A DNA stretch of 64,000 nucleotides from Candidatus Bathyarchaeia archaeon (GCA_050015395.1 JBEKBM010000013.1:17970-81969), one strand, 5' to 3'. Counted from the first letter of the stretch, positions 17,897 through 28,088 are shown. Numbers and translations are program-made. Notes: generated from the letters alone by a model not told the origin.

Positions 17897-19141
17897 GTTA
17901 ACGTCTCGTCTACAAAACGCGAGATTATTATTTTAGCCGTCTTGCTTTTTGTTTCCTTCCTAGTTAGGGTTCTCTTGTTTCCACTGCAAGGGTACCCGGT
18001 TGACACGGGAGATTTTATTTCCTGGATTAACACCGCTACTCAACATGGCATAAGACCTTTCTACAATGTTGCAGGATTTATCGATTATCCGCCCTTCAAC
18101 ATTTACATTTTCTGGGCATTCGGCTCCTTCGCAAAGGCAGTTGGCATTAGCACAGCAAATATCGTTAAGTTGGCTCCTAACCTTTTCGATTTAGCAACTG
18201 CACTGCTAATTTACGTTTTTGTCAGAAAACAAGCAAGTTTCAAATCCGCTCTGCTGGCGACGTCGCTCTATACTTTTAACCCGGCTGTAATTTATAACAC
18301 GGCAGTATGGGGCCAATTTGACGCAGTTTACACCTTCTTCCTTATACTTTCGCTTATGCTTGCGCTTAAATCTAAACCTAAACTTGCCGCGGCAGCCTTC
18401 GCAATAGGGCTTTTAACTAAGCCGCAGGGAATAGTTTTAGCTCCTCTGGTTGCTTTCTTGATTTATAAGAAAAACGGCTTGAAAAATCTGCTATTTTCTA
18501 CGCTCGTGTTTGCTGGGACGGTTTTCTTGGTTATTCTTCCTTTCCAATGGAGTAATCCAGTGACTTTCTTGAGTCACATCTACTTTGGAGCCTATGGTGA
18601 ATACGCCGTAACTTCGGTAAACGCTTTTAACCTGTGGGGTTTGTATGGCTTATGGATACCTGACGGAACCCTCTATATCGTGGGTTGGGCATTATTTGGG
18701 GCTTTCGCCGTTTTCACTTTGTACTTTTTGTATAAACGGTTTCATGCTTCAGATGAGTTTCTGGCAATTTTCGGGGCATTCATGCTCTTCTTTGCGTTTT
18801 TCATGCTTCCAACCAGGATTCACGAGCGGTACCTGTTTCCAGCCATAAGCGTTTTGGCACTGATGTTTCCGTTCCTCAAAAGGACCCGCCCTCTATATGC
18901 TGTTTTGACAGCAACTCTTCTAATCAATCAAGCCTACGTTCTCTATTGGCTTAATGCCTATTATCCTAATGCTGGTCCCAATTTAACTGGAGACCCCGTG
19001 GTTCTAGCAGTAAGCGCTATTAATTTATTAATGTTCCTTTATGCTTCAATATTAATATGGAATGAACTGAGAGGACACGGAGGGCTCAAAACTGAACCCG
19101 CCACGTTAAGCCAAAGTCAAGAGAGAGGTGAACCAAAATGA
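17897..19141 (+). CDS. GT-C fold membrane glycosyltransferase (GT87/PIG-M-like)
   Basis: DYPPF, FNPAVIYNTAVWGQFDA, TKPQG, VNAFNLWGL, IHERYLFP. First TTG is at 17942, but the frame is open back to a GTT at 17897 after GGGAGGGG. Confidence 0.85.
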   Translation, partial: VNVSSTKREIIILAVLLFVSFLVRVLLFPLQGYPVDTGDFISWINTATQHGIRPFYNVAGFIDYPPFNIYIFWAFGSFAKAVGISTANIVKLAPNLFDLATALLIYVFVRKQASFKSALLATSLYTFNPAVIYNTAVWGQFDAVYTFFLILSLMLALKSKPKLAAAAFAIGLLTKPQGIVLAPLVAFLIYKKNGLKNLLFSTLVFAGTVFLVILPFQWSNPVTFLSHIYFGAYGEYAVTSVNAFNLWGLYGLWIPDGTLYIVGWALFGAFAVFTLYFLYKRFHASDEFLAIFGAFMLFFAFFMLPTRIHERYLFPAISVLALMFPFLKRTRPLYAVLTATLLINQAYVLYWLNAYYPNAGPNLTGDPVVLAVSAINLLMFLYASILIWNELRGHGGLKTEPATLSQSQERGEPK

Positions 19142-20901
19142 ACTTTGGATCGCAAATCAACAAAAAAGACTTGATAACTATTGTTTTACTTTCAATAGTT
19201 TTCTTCTCCATAGCCGCATGGAATTTTGGCTTAACCCAAACGCCCACGACCACAGCTACGCTTACGGCTGGACAAAGCTTCTATGTTGACCTTGGCGCTT
19301 CAACCAATGTTAAATCAATGGTTGTTCTGCTAGATGTTGGCGCATTTAACTTCACCGTATCTACAGGTTCACCAGGTAACTGGACAGAAGTAACCAATGT
19401 TGCTTGGCCCTATTCAAATTCAGTGTGGTCGGAGAATTATTACGTTTGGGATGAAATACCTGTTGGACAAACTACACAGTATTTGAAAGTTGACGTTGGC
19501 CCAGCAGGCTTTGAAACGGTAATAGCGCAAATAGCAGTTATAGATCAAAATAACCAGCAAGTCGATATTCAATCAATAACAAATGTTGGCGCTGGGATCC
19601 CAGACCTGCATAATCTTATCGATGAGCAAAACCTGGTTCAGTACCCCTCGACTTACATGCAGAACACCTATTTTGACGAAATATATTTTGTCAGAACAGC
19701 AGAGCAATACTTGCATTTGCAATTGCCATACGAGTGGACGCATCCGCCGCTTGGGAAACTAATCCAAGCCTCAGGCATCCTAATTTTCGGTTTCAACCCG
19801 TTCGGATGGCGAATAATGGGCGTCATCTTCGCCACACTTATGATTCCGCTCATTTACCTGTTAGGCAAAAAGCTGTTCGGCACATGGATTGGCGGTTTCA
19901 CATCAGCGTTTTTGTTAACCTTTGACTTCATGCATTTCACCATGGCGCGAATGGGTACAGCCGACACTTACGTAGTCTTCTTTTCGCTGGCTTCGCAACT
20001 TTTCTTTTTGATTTACCTAAAAAATGTTCTCGATAAAGGCTGGAAAACCAGCATTGTACCCTTATTTTTAGCTATTTTCTTTTTCTCGTTAGGTTTTTCC
20101 ACAAAGTGGCTTGTTCTATTCGGTTTTCTAGGGCAATTGGCTATTCTTGCGTCAATTCGGCTTAGTGAAGTTAAAAAGTTGAAAGGCAATTTAACGGCAA
20201 AGTTTTATGTTTTACTTGACCGCCCGTATTCTGAAATTGTTGGTTTCCTGTTACTTGGGATTTTAATTTACTTTATAATTTACATTCCAGACATGCTTGC
20301 TGGCAGGTCATTTCTTGGTGTTTTAAACCTGCAAGATCAAATGTACATTTACCAATCAACCTTGAAGGCAACACATCCTTTTGCGTCTCCATGGTACAGT
20401 TGGCCTTTGATGTTTGACCCCTTCAATGCTGGAACGCATGTTCCACTTTGGCTTGAAGTAGCATATTTACCCAACGGCACTGAATCAACTATTGTTTTGC
20501 TGGGTAATCCGGCTGTTTGGTGGCTTGGCTTTGCCGCCATAATCGGATTGACAGTTTTCACCGTGCCAAAGATTCTTAAGAAACGGTTTAGCTTTAGCCT
20601 GAAAAAGAACTTGCCCGCCATATTTATCATTGTAATTTTCTTTTTCCAGTGGCTACCCTACATTTTTATTTCCCGAATAACCTTCATCTATCATTTCTAC
20701 GTGAACGTGCCATTCCTCTGTTTAGGCTCAGCCTTTATAGTAAACAAGTATTGGAACTACAAATGGGGAAAAATGTTAGCAATAGCTTACTTTGCGCTTG
20801 TTGTGGCATTATTCGTTCTTTTCTACCCAGTTATTTCAGGCATACCCACATCAACCTCATTTATTAACAGTTTGCATTGGTTCAAAAGCTGGGTGTTCTA
20901 A
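19138..20901 (+). CDS. Dolichyl-phosphate-mannose--protein O-mannosyltransferase (PMT/GT39) family
   Basis: YFDEIYF, THPPLGKL, PFGWR, HPFASPWYSWP, LGNPAVWW, RITFIYHF. Confidence 0.88.
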   Translation: MNFGSQINKKDLITIVLLSIVFFSIAAWNFGLTQTPTTTATLTAGQSFYVDLGASTNVKSMVVLLDVGAFNFTVSTGSPGNWTEVTNVAWPYSNSVWSENYYVWDEIPVGQTTQYLKVDVGPAGFETVIAQIAVIDQNNQQVDIQSITNVGAGIPDLHNLIDEQNLVQYPSTYMQNTYFDEIYFVRTAEQYLHLQLPYEWTHPPLGKLIQASGILIFGFNPFGWRIMGVIFATLMIPLIYLLGKKLFGTWIGGFTSAFLLTFDFMHFTMARMGTADTYVVFFSLASQLFFLIYLKNVLDKGWKTSIVPLFLAIFFFSLGFSTKWLVLFGFLGQLAILASIRLSEVKKLKGNLTAKFYVLLDRPYSEIVGFLLLGILIYFIIYIPDMLAGRSFLGVLNLQDQMYIYQSTLKATHPFASPWYSWPLMFDPFNAGTHVPLWLEVAYLPNGTESTIVLLGNPAVWWLGFAAIIGLTVFTVPKILKKRFSFSLKKNLPAIFIIVIFFFQWLPYIFISRITFIYHFYVNVPFLCLGSAFIVNKYWNYKWGKMLAIAYFALVVALFVLFYPVISGIPTSTSFINSLHWFKSWVF

Positions 20902-20903
20902 AA

Positions 20904-21650
20904 ATGGAGAAAGAAACCGCTCCGAACAACAAAGCGATGGTTTCACTCGTTCTTCCAGCTTACAATGAAGCAGACAAACTGGAAGGCGCCGTAACGAAAA
21001 TAAGCCAAGCCCTAAAAGAAACGGGGTATCGCTATGAGATTATTATTGCTGAAGACGGCAGCACCGACGGCACCGCCGAACAAGCTGAAGAGCTAGCGCA
21101 AAAATTCCCGTACGTTAAGCACATTCACCGTGAAAAGCGTCTAGGAAGGGGAACCGCACTTAACAATGCGTTTAGGCAGTGCAGCGGCGAAGTTTTGGTT
21201 TATATGGATTTGGACTTAGCTACAGACCTCAAATCTCTTAAGCCTCTTGTTGAAGCCATCACTGTTGAAGGCTACGACTTATCAACTGGTTCAAGGATGC
21301 TGCCTGAAAGTAAGGTTGAACGGACCTTTAGCAGAAGTATTAGCTCAAAAAGTTACAACTTTCTCGTTCGGCACATGCTCGGCTCCAAAGTCAGGGATCA
21401 CCAGTGTGGTTTCAAAGCCTTCAAGAGAGAACCGCTTATGCAGTTACTTGGCGAGGTAGAGGCGACTCATTGGTTTTGGGATACAGAGATAATTGTAAGA
21501 GCATATCGTCATGGCTATAGGGTAAAAGAGATTCCAGTAGAATGGAAAAGCGGTAAGGACACAAAGGTTAACCTCTTTAAAGATTCATCAAGCATGTTTT
21601 GGCAGATAATGAAGCTGTGGTGGAAGCTCAAAATAAAGCGTAAGGGCTAA
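20904..21650 (+). CDS. GT2 dolichol-phosphate glycosyltransferase (DPM1/ALG5-like)
   Basis: LPAYNEA, EDGSTDGT, YMDLDLA, RDHQCGFKAF, WFWDTE. Confidence 0.9.
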   Translation: MEKETAPNNKAMVSLVLPAYNEADKLEGAVTKISQALKETGYRYEIIIAEDGSTDGTAEQAEELAQKFPYVKHIHREKRLGRGTALNNAFRQCSGEVLVYMDLDLATDLKSLKPLVEAITVEGYDLSTGSRMLPESKVERTFSRSISSKSYNFLVRHMLGSKVRDHQCGFKAFKREPLMQLLGEVEATHWFWDTEIIVRAYRHGYRVKEIPVEWKSGKDTKVNLFKDSSSMFWQIMKLWWKLKIKRKG

Positions 21651-22141
21651 CTGTGTCGTCCAGCTAAAAGAACAAACGCTCTAGCAACCAGCGATAAACC
21701 GGCAATTAGAATTATTCCAGCCCAAAAGACAAACCACTCGCTCATTATTGTCATGTTAACAAGGTAGGTAATTACTAAGTAGCTTGTTCCAAGCCCGAAA
21801 ACAATGTTTTCAATAGTTTCAGCTTTTCTTGGAAGGGGCGAATGCAGCACAATCCTGAGCGCTAATATTCCGATTTCTAAAATGCCTATGCCCAGAAAAA
21901 ACTGGAAAACAGCAATGTAGAGCACTGTGTAAGCAGCTGGATATGCAGGCGCAGGCAAAGAAATACTAGTGCCTGGAACTTGAGTGAGAACAAAAGAGCC
22001 GATAAAATTAACAAAGCTATTCCAAATGTTGTTGGGAAGATTGATGAAGTAAATCACGGCAAGCAGAATAAAAATAAATCCTATAAATACAGCAGTAATC
22101 AAGGCTTCTTTTTTCTTATCAGTTAACGCCTGCAGGTTCAA
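21647..22141 (-). CDS. Hypothetical membrane protein
   Basis: 164 aa with four hydrophobic segments. Confidence 0.7.
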   Translation of the reverse strand: MNLQALTDKKKEALITAVFIGFIFILLAVIYFINLPNNIWNSFVNFIGSFVLTQVPGTSISLPAPAYPAAYTVLYIAVFQFFLGIGILEIGILALRIVLHSPLPRKAETIENIVFGLGTSYLVITYLVNMTIMSEWFVFWAGIILIAGLSLVARAFVLLAGRHS

Positions 22142-22268
22142 TGTTAATTAAGCCCCTTTTGGCTCCATGCGAGTATGGAGCTTGAGCACATATATCTTTC
22201 TCTTTAAGCAAATAAGTGCATGTTTTAAATACTGTGAGATGATAACAGGTAAAGCTAGGAGAATTCGC

Positions 22269-22664
22269 ATGCCATATTGTCCGAAATGCGGCAATAAAGT
22301 TGATGAGACAATGGCTTTCTGCCCAAACTGTGGGACAGCACTAAAAAGGACAACACCAAGTCAAGCACCACCCGAGAGCGAGGAACAGGAAAAGCAGGAG
22401 AAACCTGAGAATCCAGCGAACGTCGAAATTCAAGAGAAAAACCAATATGGCTTCGTCAACTTTCTAATCGGCGGTTTAATAATGACTGTAGTAGGCGCTT
22501 TCGCTATACTATATTTAACTAATCCCGTCTTTGCCTCAGGTCAAACCTTAGCTATTATGTTAATTATAATTGGCATAATTATCATAATTGGCGCTATTTA
22601 CGTGACTACTCCAGTGGAAAAATATTTCCGACATCTCATTAGCCACCCTAAAAACAGCCTTTGA
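22269..22664 (+). CDS. Zinc-ribbon membrane protein
   Basis: MPYCPKCG...FCPNCG followed by 2 TM. Confidence 0.85.
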   Translation: MPYCPKCGNKVDETMAFCPNCGTALKRTTPSQAPPESEEQEKQEKPENPANVEIQEKNQYGFVNFLIGGLIMTVVGAFAILYLTNPVFASGQTLAIMLIIIGIIIIIGAIYVTTPVEKYFRHLISHPKNSL

Positions 22665-22983
22665 CACTCTTCCCGACTAAAGTCGGTAGCTTTCTTGCTA
22701 ACGCCTCTTGTAAAGCCTATGCTTTAAAAGCGTTAAAACATTTTATCTTCCGAACACTAGGGAATATTTTTCCCCGCTGCCTTTATTAAATCACCGATAT
22801 CATATAGCTTGCCCCATTCACAGCGTTTAAGTTCACAAGCATTTTCACGCCTTTGCCAGTTGCAACCTCAAAAAAGTTGAAAGCATAGCGCTCGCTAGCT
22901 ACAATTTTTATGAATTTGCTTATATGCTTCTCTTTTGAATAAATAAAACAGCCAAAACGTTTGCTATTTAGAGTTGAAAGATT

Positions 22984-23907
22984 ATGACCGAAATAGTTCG
23001 CATGACAGCTGAAAAGATAAGAAGACTTGAAGTTCAAGGTGCAAGAAACGTGGCAATAGCCGCCGTAAAAGCCATCCAAACGTTAGCAGAGCAGACAAAA
23101 GCTAAAAACAAAACAGCGTTCTTAAGCGAGCTCAAAGAAGCGCAAGCCGTGCTTTTTGCGTCAAGAGAAACTGAGCCCTTAATGAGAAATGCCATCCGCT
23201 GGATAATTACTCAGACCGAAGACAGCAACACCGAAAAGGTTGATGTTCTAAGCGAGATGGTTGCTTCAAATGTAGCTTTATTCTTGCAAAATCTTGAAGC
23301 TTCAAGAGAACTAACGGCAGAAATAGCGGCCAGACGAATCCGTGATGGCATGTTGATTTTTACGCATTGCCACTCGTCAACAGTGACACGTATGATTGCC
23401 AAAGCCAAAGCCGACGGCAAAGAATTCAGCGTAATCTGCACCGAAACCAGACCAGCGTTTCAGGGAAGAATCACCGCTAAGGAAATGGTTGAGCTTGGCG
23501 TTCAAACTTTATTTATTGTTGATTCAGCCGCACGGTCATATATGGGAGACGTTGACCTTGTAGTTGTGGGAGCAGACGCCATTACCTCAGAGGGCAATGT
23601 GGTTAACAAGGTGGGTACTAGCAGCATAGCGGTGTTAGCTAACGAGGCTAGAAAGCCATTCTATGTTGTTTCGGAACTATTAAAGTTCGACCCAGAAACG
23701 GTTAACGGTGCATATGAACGCATTGAGCAGCGAAACCCAAGCGAAGTCTGGAAGGAAGCGCCCGAGAAACTGTCTGTGCGGAACCCAGCTTTTGACGTTA
23801 CCCCAAGCCGCTACATTCATGGGTTAATCTGTGAAGAAGGCGTAATCGCTCCTCAATCAATAGTGGAAGCGGTGTATCGAAGGTACCCGTGGGTTCTCAA
23901 ACAATAA
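22984..23907 (+). CDS. Ribose-1,5-bisphosphate isomerase (eIF2B alpha/beta/delta-like)
   Basis: VQGARNVA, THCHSSTV, ETRPAFQG, GADAI, NKVGT, NPAFDVTP; close to RuBisCO and AMP phosphorylase. Confidence 0.9.
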   Translation: MTEIVRMTAEKIRRLEVQGARNVAIAAVKAIQTLAEQTKAKNKTAFLSELKEAQAVLFASRETEPLMRNAIRWIITQTEDSNTEKVDVLSEMVASNVALFLQNLEASRELTAEIAARRIRDGMLIFTHCHSSTVTRMIAKAKADGKEFSVICTETRPAFQGRITAKEMVELGVQTLFIVDSAARSYMGDVDLVVVGADAITSEGNVVNKVGTSSIAVLANEARKPFYVVSELLKFDPETVNGAYERIEQRNPSEVWKEAPEKLSVRNPAFDVTPSRYIHGLICEEGVIAPQSIVEAVYRRYPWVLKQ

Positions 23908-24063
23908 GAAAATAAATCATCGGTGATTAAGCAATCTACTTAGAGGAAATACATAGCGACCTCGATGGAATTTTGTACAAAAAGTTCGATAAAACTGTAG
24001 AAGAGACATACGAGCACTAGTATGAGTTAAAAAGAAATACTAGTTAATAACTAACAGATTTCT

Positions 24064-24924
24064 ATGCGACTGCTCTTCAAAGAAGCAATACAGACCTGTT
24101 TTAACCCACCAGAAGACCGATTAAAGAAGCTAAACGCATGGGTTGAAAACTCAAACTCAGCAAGAAACCCAGCAAACCCAGACTTAGAAGCTTACTCAAA
24201 CCAGTACGACAAAGCAGAAGAACTCATCACATTCTACACATTCGCACCCTTAGTGTTAAGCTTAAACAGGGTAGGTTTAGTCAACAGAATTCTGTCTTTA
24301 GCTAAAGTGAGCGCATATGAAGAAAATGTCGTAGATGTAGCATTGGAAAGGCAATACAACCCACCTAAAGGCTACTTGAAATGGATAAAAGAAGATGTGA
24401 AAAATCATCCTGTAAAATACATTAGAGACCAAGCGAATGCGCATGAGCCAAATCAGCGTTTAGAATCAAACACTCACGTTGATGCATTCATAGAAACTGA
24501 CAAGTTGCTTATCTTCTTTGAAATCAAGTTCACCTCAGACATCGCATACGACACTACTTTTAACCCTTGTAGAAATCAGTTGGCAAGACTCATCGATGTC
24601 GGATTAGAAGTCAATGAACACAATGGCAAAGAAGTACTAGTTATTCTATCGACTCCACGCAGATTCTTCGATAAGAAAAGCAGACTCTACTACTACAAAA
24701 TTAAGGAATACACTGACCCAGCAAAGATAAAGGAAGATATTGAGTGGAGAAGTCTCTCAACTATTAGAGATAACGTCTTAGCTGTAAGGTGGATTGCTCT
24801 GGAAGACTTGATTGATGTTTTTTACCAAAACTTTAAGCATGAGGATAAGAAAGAAGCCTTAGAGTTCTTCAAAGAGAGAAACCTAATTTCAGACTCATCA
24901 AATGTGGCGAAAAAGGTGGCGTAG
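24064..24924 (+). CDS. Putative PD-(D/E)XK restriction-endonuclease-like protein
   Basis: ESNTHVDAFIETDKLLIFFEIKFTSD...RNQLARLID (D...ExK followed by QxxR). Confidence 0.7.
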   Translation: MRLLFKEAIQTCFNPPEDRLKKLNAWVENSNSARNPANPDLEAYSNQYDKAEELITFYTFAPLVLSLNRVGLVNRILSLAKVSAYEENVVDVALERQYNPPKGYLKWIKEDVKNHPVKYIRDQANAHEPNQRLESNTHVDAFIETDKLLIFFEIKFTSDIAYDTTFNPCRNQLARLIDVGLEVNEHNGKEVLVILSTPRRFFDKKSRLYYYKIKEYTDPAKIKEDIEWRSLSTIRDNVLAVRWIALEDLIDVFYQNFKHEDKKEALEFFKERNLISDSSNVAKKVA

Positions 24925-24929
24925 GAACA

Positions 24930-25619
24930 ATGACGACGTTAGACTACAAGAAACTACTTAATGGAGTGAAAACATTTGAAAAAGAGAATCCTTCTAACAC
25001 TCCTTCAGAACAAATCTACATGAACTCGATAACCCCAAATTACATAGATTGGACTAATCTTCAAAATGATAGTGCCAAAAAAGTATTCAAATTTCTAAAT
25101 GTCTGGGGCTGTCGAATGAAGTGTAAACCCCAAGATTTGATAGCACGCTATCAAGAAGTCGCTCCTTTGTTCAGTAAACTCTCCAATCTAAAGCTTGAAG
25201 ATGTGAACCTTGACCAGCTTATCAAATGCAATTCCGAGACATTGACATTGCAAAGAAGTATGCACTCAGTTTTCGACTCGTTAAGTAACATAAAGGGGTA
25301 TGGTCCTGTACCAGCGTCTAAGACACTCCATATAGCGTGTCCTTCTCTGCTAGTAATGTGGGACAACTCTATCTGTTTTGAAGTCTATGAGAAACTCAAC
25401 ATGAAACTCAATGGATACTCTTACGCTTACATTTTCATGCCTAGAATGAAGCAAAAACTCGAAGAGGCTATCGATAGCTGTATGAAAGCTAAAGGATTGT
25501 CGCGCATAGATGCCATACAATGGTTGCTCTCAGAAATCGAGAAGACCCATAAAACATCAAGGAGCTTAGCAAAAGCATTAGATGAATACAACTGGTTGAA
25601 GGGAAAACATATTCTTTGA
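24930..25619 (+). CDS. Putative HhH-GPD-like (DNA glycosylase-fold) protein
   Basis: FLNVWGCR, IKGYGPVPASKTLHIACPSLLVMWDNSI, SLAKALDEYNW. Confidence 0.65.
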   Translation: MTTLDYKKLLNGVKTFEKENPSNTPSEQIYMNSITPNYIDWTNLQNDSAKKVFKFLNVWGCRMKCKPQDLIARYQEVAPLFSKLSNLKLEDVNLDQLIKCNSETLTLQRSMHSVFDSLSNIKGYGPVPASKTLHIACPSLLVMWDNSICFEVYEKLNMKLNGYSYAYIFMPRMKQKLEEAIDSCMKAKGLSRIDAIQWLLSEIEKTHKTSRSLAKALDEYNWLKGKHIL

Positions 25620-25693
25620 AATGTGGTTAAAAAGCGTCTAAAAGCTACTCAGAATGGTTAGAGTATTGAACGAGCGTAGTACTAAGGAGACTT

Positions 25694-26035
25694 TCAATGC
25701 TTTCCGTGGCAGTCATTGCAGAGAATTCTGTTCCTTGTTTTGCCATTAAAATCGATATACATCGCACCTTTGTCTCCCAGATGTGGGTCATGGTGTAAAG
25801 CATACTTATTGGCTGGAAGACCCTCTAACTTTTTCTTGCATTCAGCACATTTGAACTTCTGTTTTTCCATTAAGAACTTCTTGTAGCGGTAGTAGGGTGT
25901 CATAGTGTAGAGTAGATTGAGGTTGTCCTCACCCATTTTCAGCTTTAACATCACGCCCTTCTTTTCAAATTTCAATTCATCAGTATCTTCGTCATAAGTG
26001 ATTGCTAGATCGTTAACAGTTGTTCTGGTTTTCAT
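25694..26035 (-). CDS. Small HNH endonuclease-like zinc-binding protein
   Basis: CAEC...LHHD...NRILCNDCHGKH. Confidence 0.7.
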   Translation of the reverse strand: MKTRTTVNDLAITYDEDTDELKFEKKGVMLKLKMGEDNLNLLYTMTPYYRYKKFLMEKQKFKCAECKKKLEGLPANKYALHHDPHLGDKGAMYIDFNGKTRNRILCNDCHGKH

Positions 26036-26043
26036 TCTCTCAC

Positions 26044-26613
26044 CTATACCTCAACGACAAAGTACTTCAGACGATTGACGATGCCTTTCCATTTGATTGG
26101 ATATTTACCCTCGAAGCATATCTTCTTATCTTTGACATCTCCTGTTGTTCCAATAATCACATTTCCGATTAACTTCTCTTTACGAAAGCTTTTGTATATC
26201 CCTGACTCACCTTCGTCTGAGTAAAACGGATTGTCTTCTGCAAACATTACAAAGTATGACCTGTCGAAACCTGATTGCACTAACTGTTCAAGGAATTTAA
26301 TATCTTCACATGCTCTAAACATCTGAATTGGAACTTGACCATTAAGAGGATACTTTAGTTCGATACAATGCTTCTCTTTCATCTCAGGGTCGAAGACCAC
26401 AATGTCCATTTCTGTCTTCTTGAATGATTCGTCGTCTTTGTTATCAAGATTGAAGTAGCTTACGTTTCTTTCAAGCTGTATTTTGTAGGAAGTACCTAGC
26501 CTTTGTCTGAGAAGGATTGCGAGTTCATACTGAACACTAGCTTCATTGTAGATTTCAATAGAACCTGAAGCTATCTGCTCAGCGAATTGCTCGATTATAG
26601 GTAATAGATTCAT
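26044..26613 (-). CDS. Putative PD-(D/E)XK nuclease
   Basis: NEASVQYELA, QLERNV, EMDIVV...CIELKYP, EDIKFLEQL. Confidence 0.72.
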   Translation of the reverse strand: MNLLPIIEQFAEQIASGSIEIYNEASVQYELAILLRQRLGTSYKIQLERNVSYFNLDNKDDESFKKTEMDIVVFDPEMKEKHCIELKYPLNGQVPIQMFRACEDIKFLEQLVQSGFDRSYFVMFAEDNPFYSDEGESGIYKSFRKEKLIGNVIIGTTGDVKDKKICFEGKYPIKWKGIVNRLKYFVVEV

Positions 26614-26777
26614 GACTTGTATTAGCTTATCGAATTAGGTATAACACTTTCGAAAAGAAAGAAAGGTCTTTGTGTTCCATCTCAATGAAGACAGTTATTT
26701 CTTCAAGTGTTCATCCATTTTTTAAGTAGGGTTCTAGAACAGTCTCAAGGACATATTTTATAGCTATAGTGAACTAC

Positions 26778-28001
26778 TCAGATTTTCCAGTGCTCCAACG
26801 ACACTTTCAGTTCCTTATGTGTCTTAGCGTACTCTTCCAACGTTAGTCCTTTTAATGTGGCGTCGAGGGCTTGTCTCATTGCTTTTGCGCCTGCTACTGT
26901 GCCGTCTGGGTGCCCGTGTATGCCGCCTCCTGCTTGAAGAACGACATCGTTGCCGAAAGTTTCAAGCAAAGCAGGAACCAATCTCGGGTAAAGTCCACCC
27001 GAAGCAACTGGCAAAACAGGCTTTATGTCGCCAAGCTGGCTTTTGCAGGCGTCGATGTTTTCGAACACTTCAGCTTTGGTTTCGCTCATTTTCCCAACTA
27101 CGGTGCCGACGTGGAGTTGGTCGACGCCGATTACTCTTGCAACTGTTGCTATGGGACGCATGGCTATGCCGTGTTTTGGGTTTTTGGTGAAAGCAGCGTG
27201 CCCTGCCCTGTGTGCGTGTATGACGAGTTTGCTGTTTTGGTTGCGCAGGGTTTGAAGTGCTGACCAGCCAGTGGTTAAGATGTCTACCATGACGTATTCT
27301 CCGCCTTGAGCGATGACGGCTTCTGCGCGTTTTAGCATGGTGTCGGTTTCAGCGGTGATGTTAACCATGTAAACTTTGCATTCACCCGTTTCCTGTTGCG
27401 CTTTGTCGCGGCTCTCCAGAGTCTGCGAAAGGCGGTCTTCGAAGGGGTTGAATTTTTGGCTGCTTAGGTTTTCGTCATCTTTAACGATGTCGCAGCCTCC
27501 GCTCCAAGCCTCGTAAGCTACTTTAGCGTGGTCTTTAGTTTTTAATCCGAGTTTAGGCTTGATTATTGTGCCGACAAGCGGGCGCTCTGGAACTTTTAGG
27601 AGGTTGCGAATTCCAGCTATGCCATACATTGGGCCTTTAAAACTGTTGATTAAACTTGTGGGCATTTGAATGTCTATGAGGCGCAGGTTTTTGAGTGCTT
27701 TAAGCCCGAAAACGTTTCCAGCAACGCTGCTTAGAATGTTAGGCATGTTGGCTGGCTCAAAGAGTTCAATCGGGTAAGCGATTTTCACTACGTTGCCTTC
27801 TATGCTAAAAACGTGGGCTGCCAGCCGAGTCACGTATGGCTGCTCTGTTGTGAGTTCTGTCCATGTGCCAACAGAGCTTTCCGCGGCAACGCCGCCTGCG
27901 GCTTCTTTAAGGCTGATGCCCTCGGGCTCCAAGTAAAAGGTGCATATTAAATCGGTTTCTTTCGGCTTGTAAGTTGAATTCACAAAGTCAAGGTACTTCA
28001 A
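26778..28001 (-). CDS. rbcL: Form III ribulose-1,5-bisphosphate carboxylase
   Basis: AAESSVGTW, GTIIKPKLGL, DIVKDDENL (carbamylated K motif), HAHRAGH, VGKM loop 6, SGG, GGGIHGHP. Confidence 0.96.
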   Translation of the reverse strand: MKYLDFVNSTYKPKETDLICTFYLEPEGISLKEAAGGVAAESSVGTWTELTTEQPYVTRLAAHVFSIEGNVVKIAYPIELFEPANMPNILSSVAGNVFGLKALKNLRLIDIQMPTSLINSFKGPMYGIAGIRNLLKVPERPLVGTIIKPKLGLKTKDHAKVAYEAWSGGCDIVKDDENLSSQKFNPFEDRLSQTLESRDKAQQETGECKVYMVNITAETDTMLKRAEAVIAQGGEYVMVDILTTGWSALQTLRNQNSKLVIHAHRAGHAAFTKNPKHGIAMRPIATVARVIGVDQLHVGTVVGKMSETKAEVFENIDACKSQLGDIKPVLPVASGGLYPRLVPALLETFGNDVVLQAGGGIHGHPDGTVAGAKAMRQALDATLKGLTLEEYAKTHKELKVSLEHWKI

Positions 28002-28088
28002 AGTGTTCCTCTCAGGTTTAGTGAGAACTGGTTTTTCCTTAAAATCTTTAACTATTCCTAAATCTAATAATAGTTGACGTGGTCCAAA

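Noticed and set aside
26729-26743. Weak echo of the R15P isomerase 3' end (gggttctagaacagt vs gggttctcaaacaat) at the island boundary
   Set aside because: Only about 12/15 nt match, which could be chance.
26855-27263. Antisense ORFs within rbcL, and similar ones in hisG, hisC, nfnB and the NADH oxidase gene
   Set aside because: These are shadows of well-supported genes on the opposite strand.
26778-28001. RuBisCO as evidence of a Calvin cycle
   Set aside because: There is no phosphoribulokinase in the window, and the context indicates AMP salvage.
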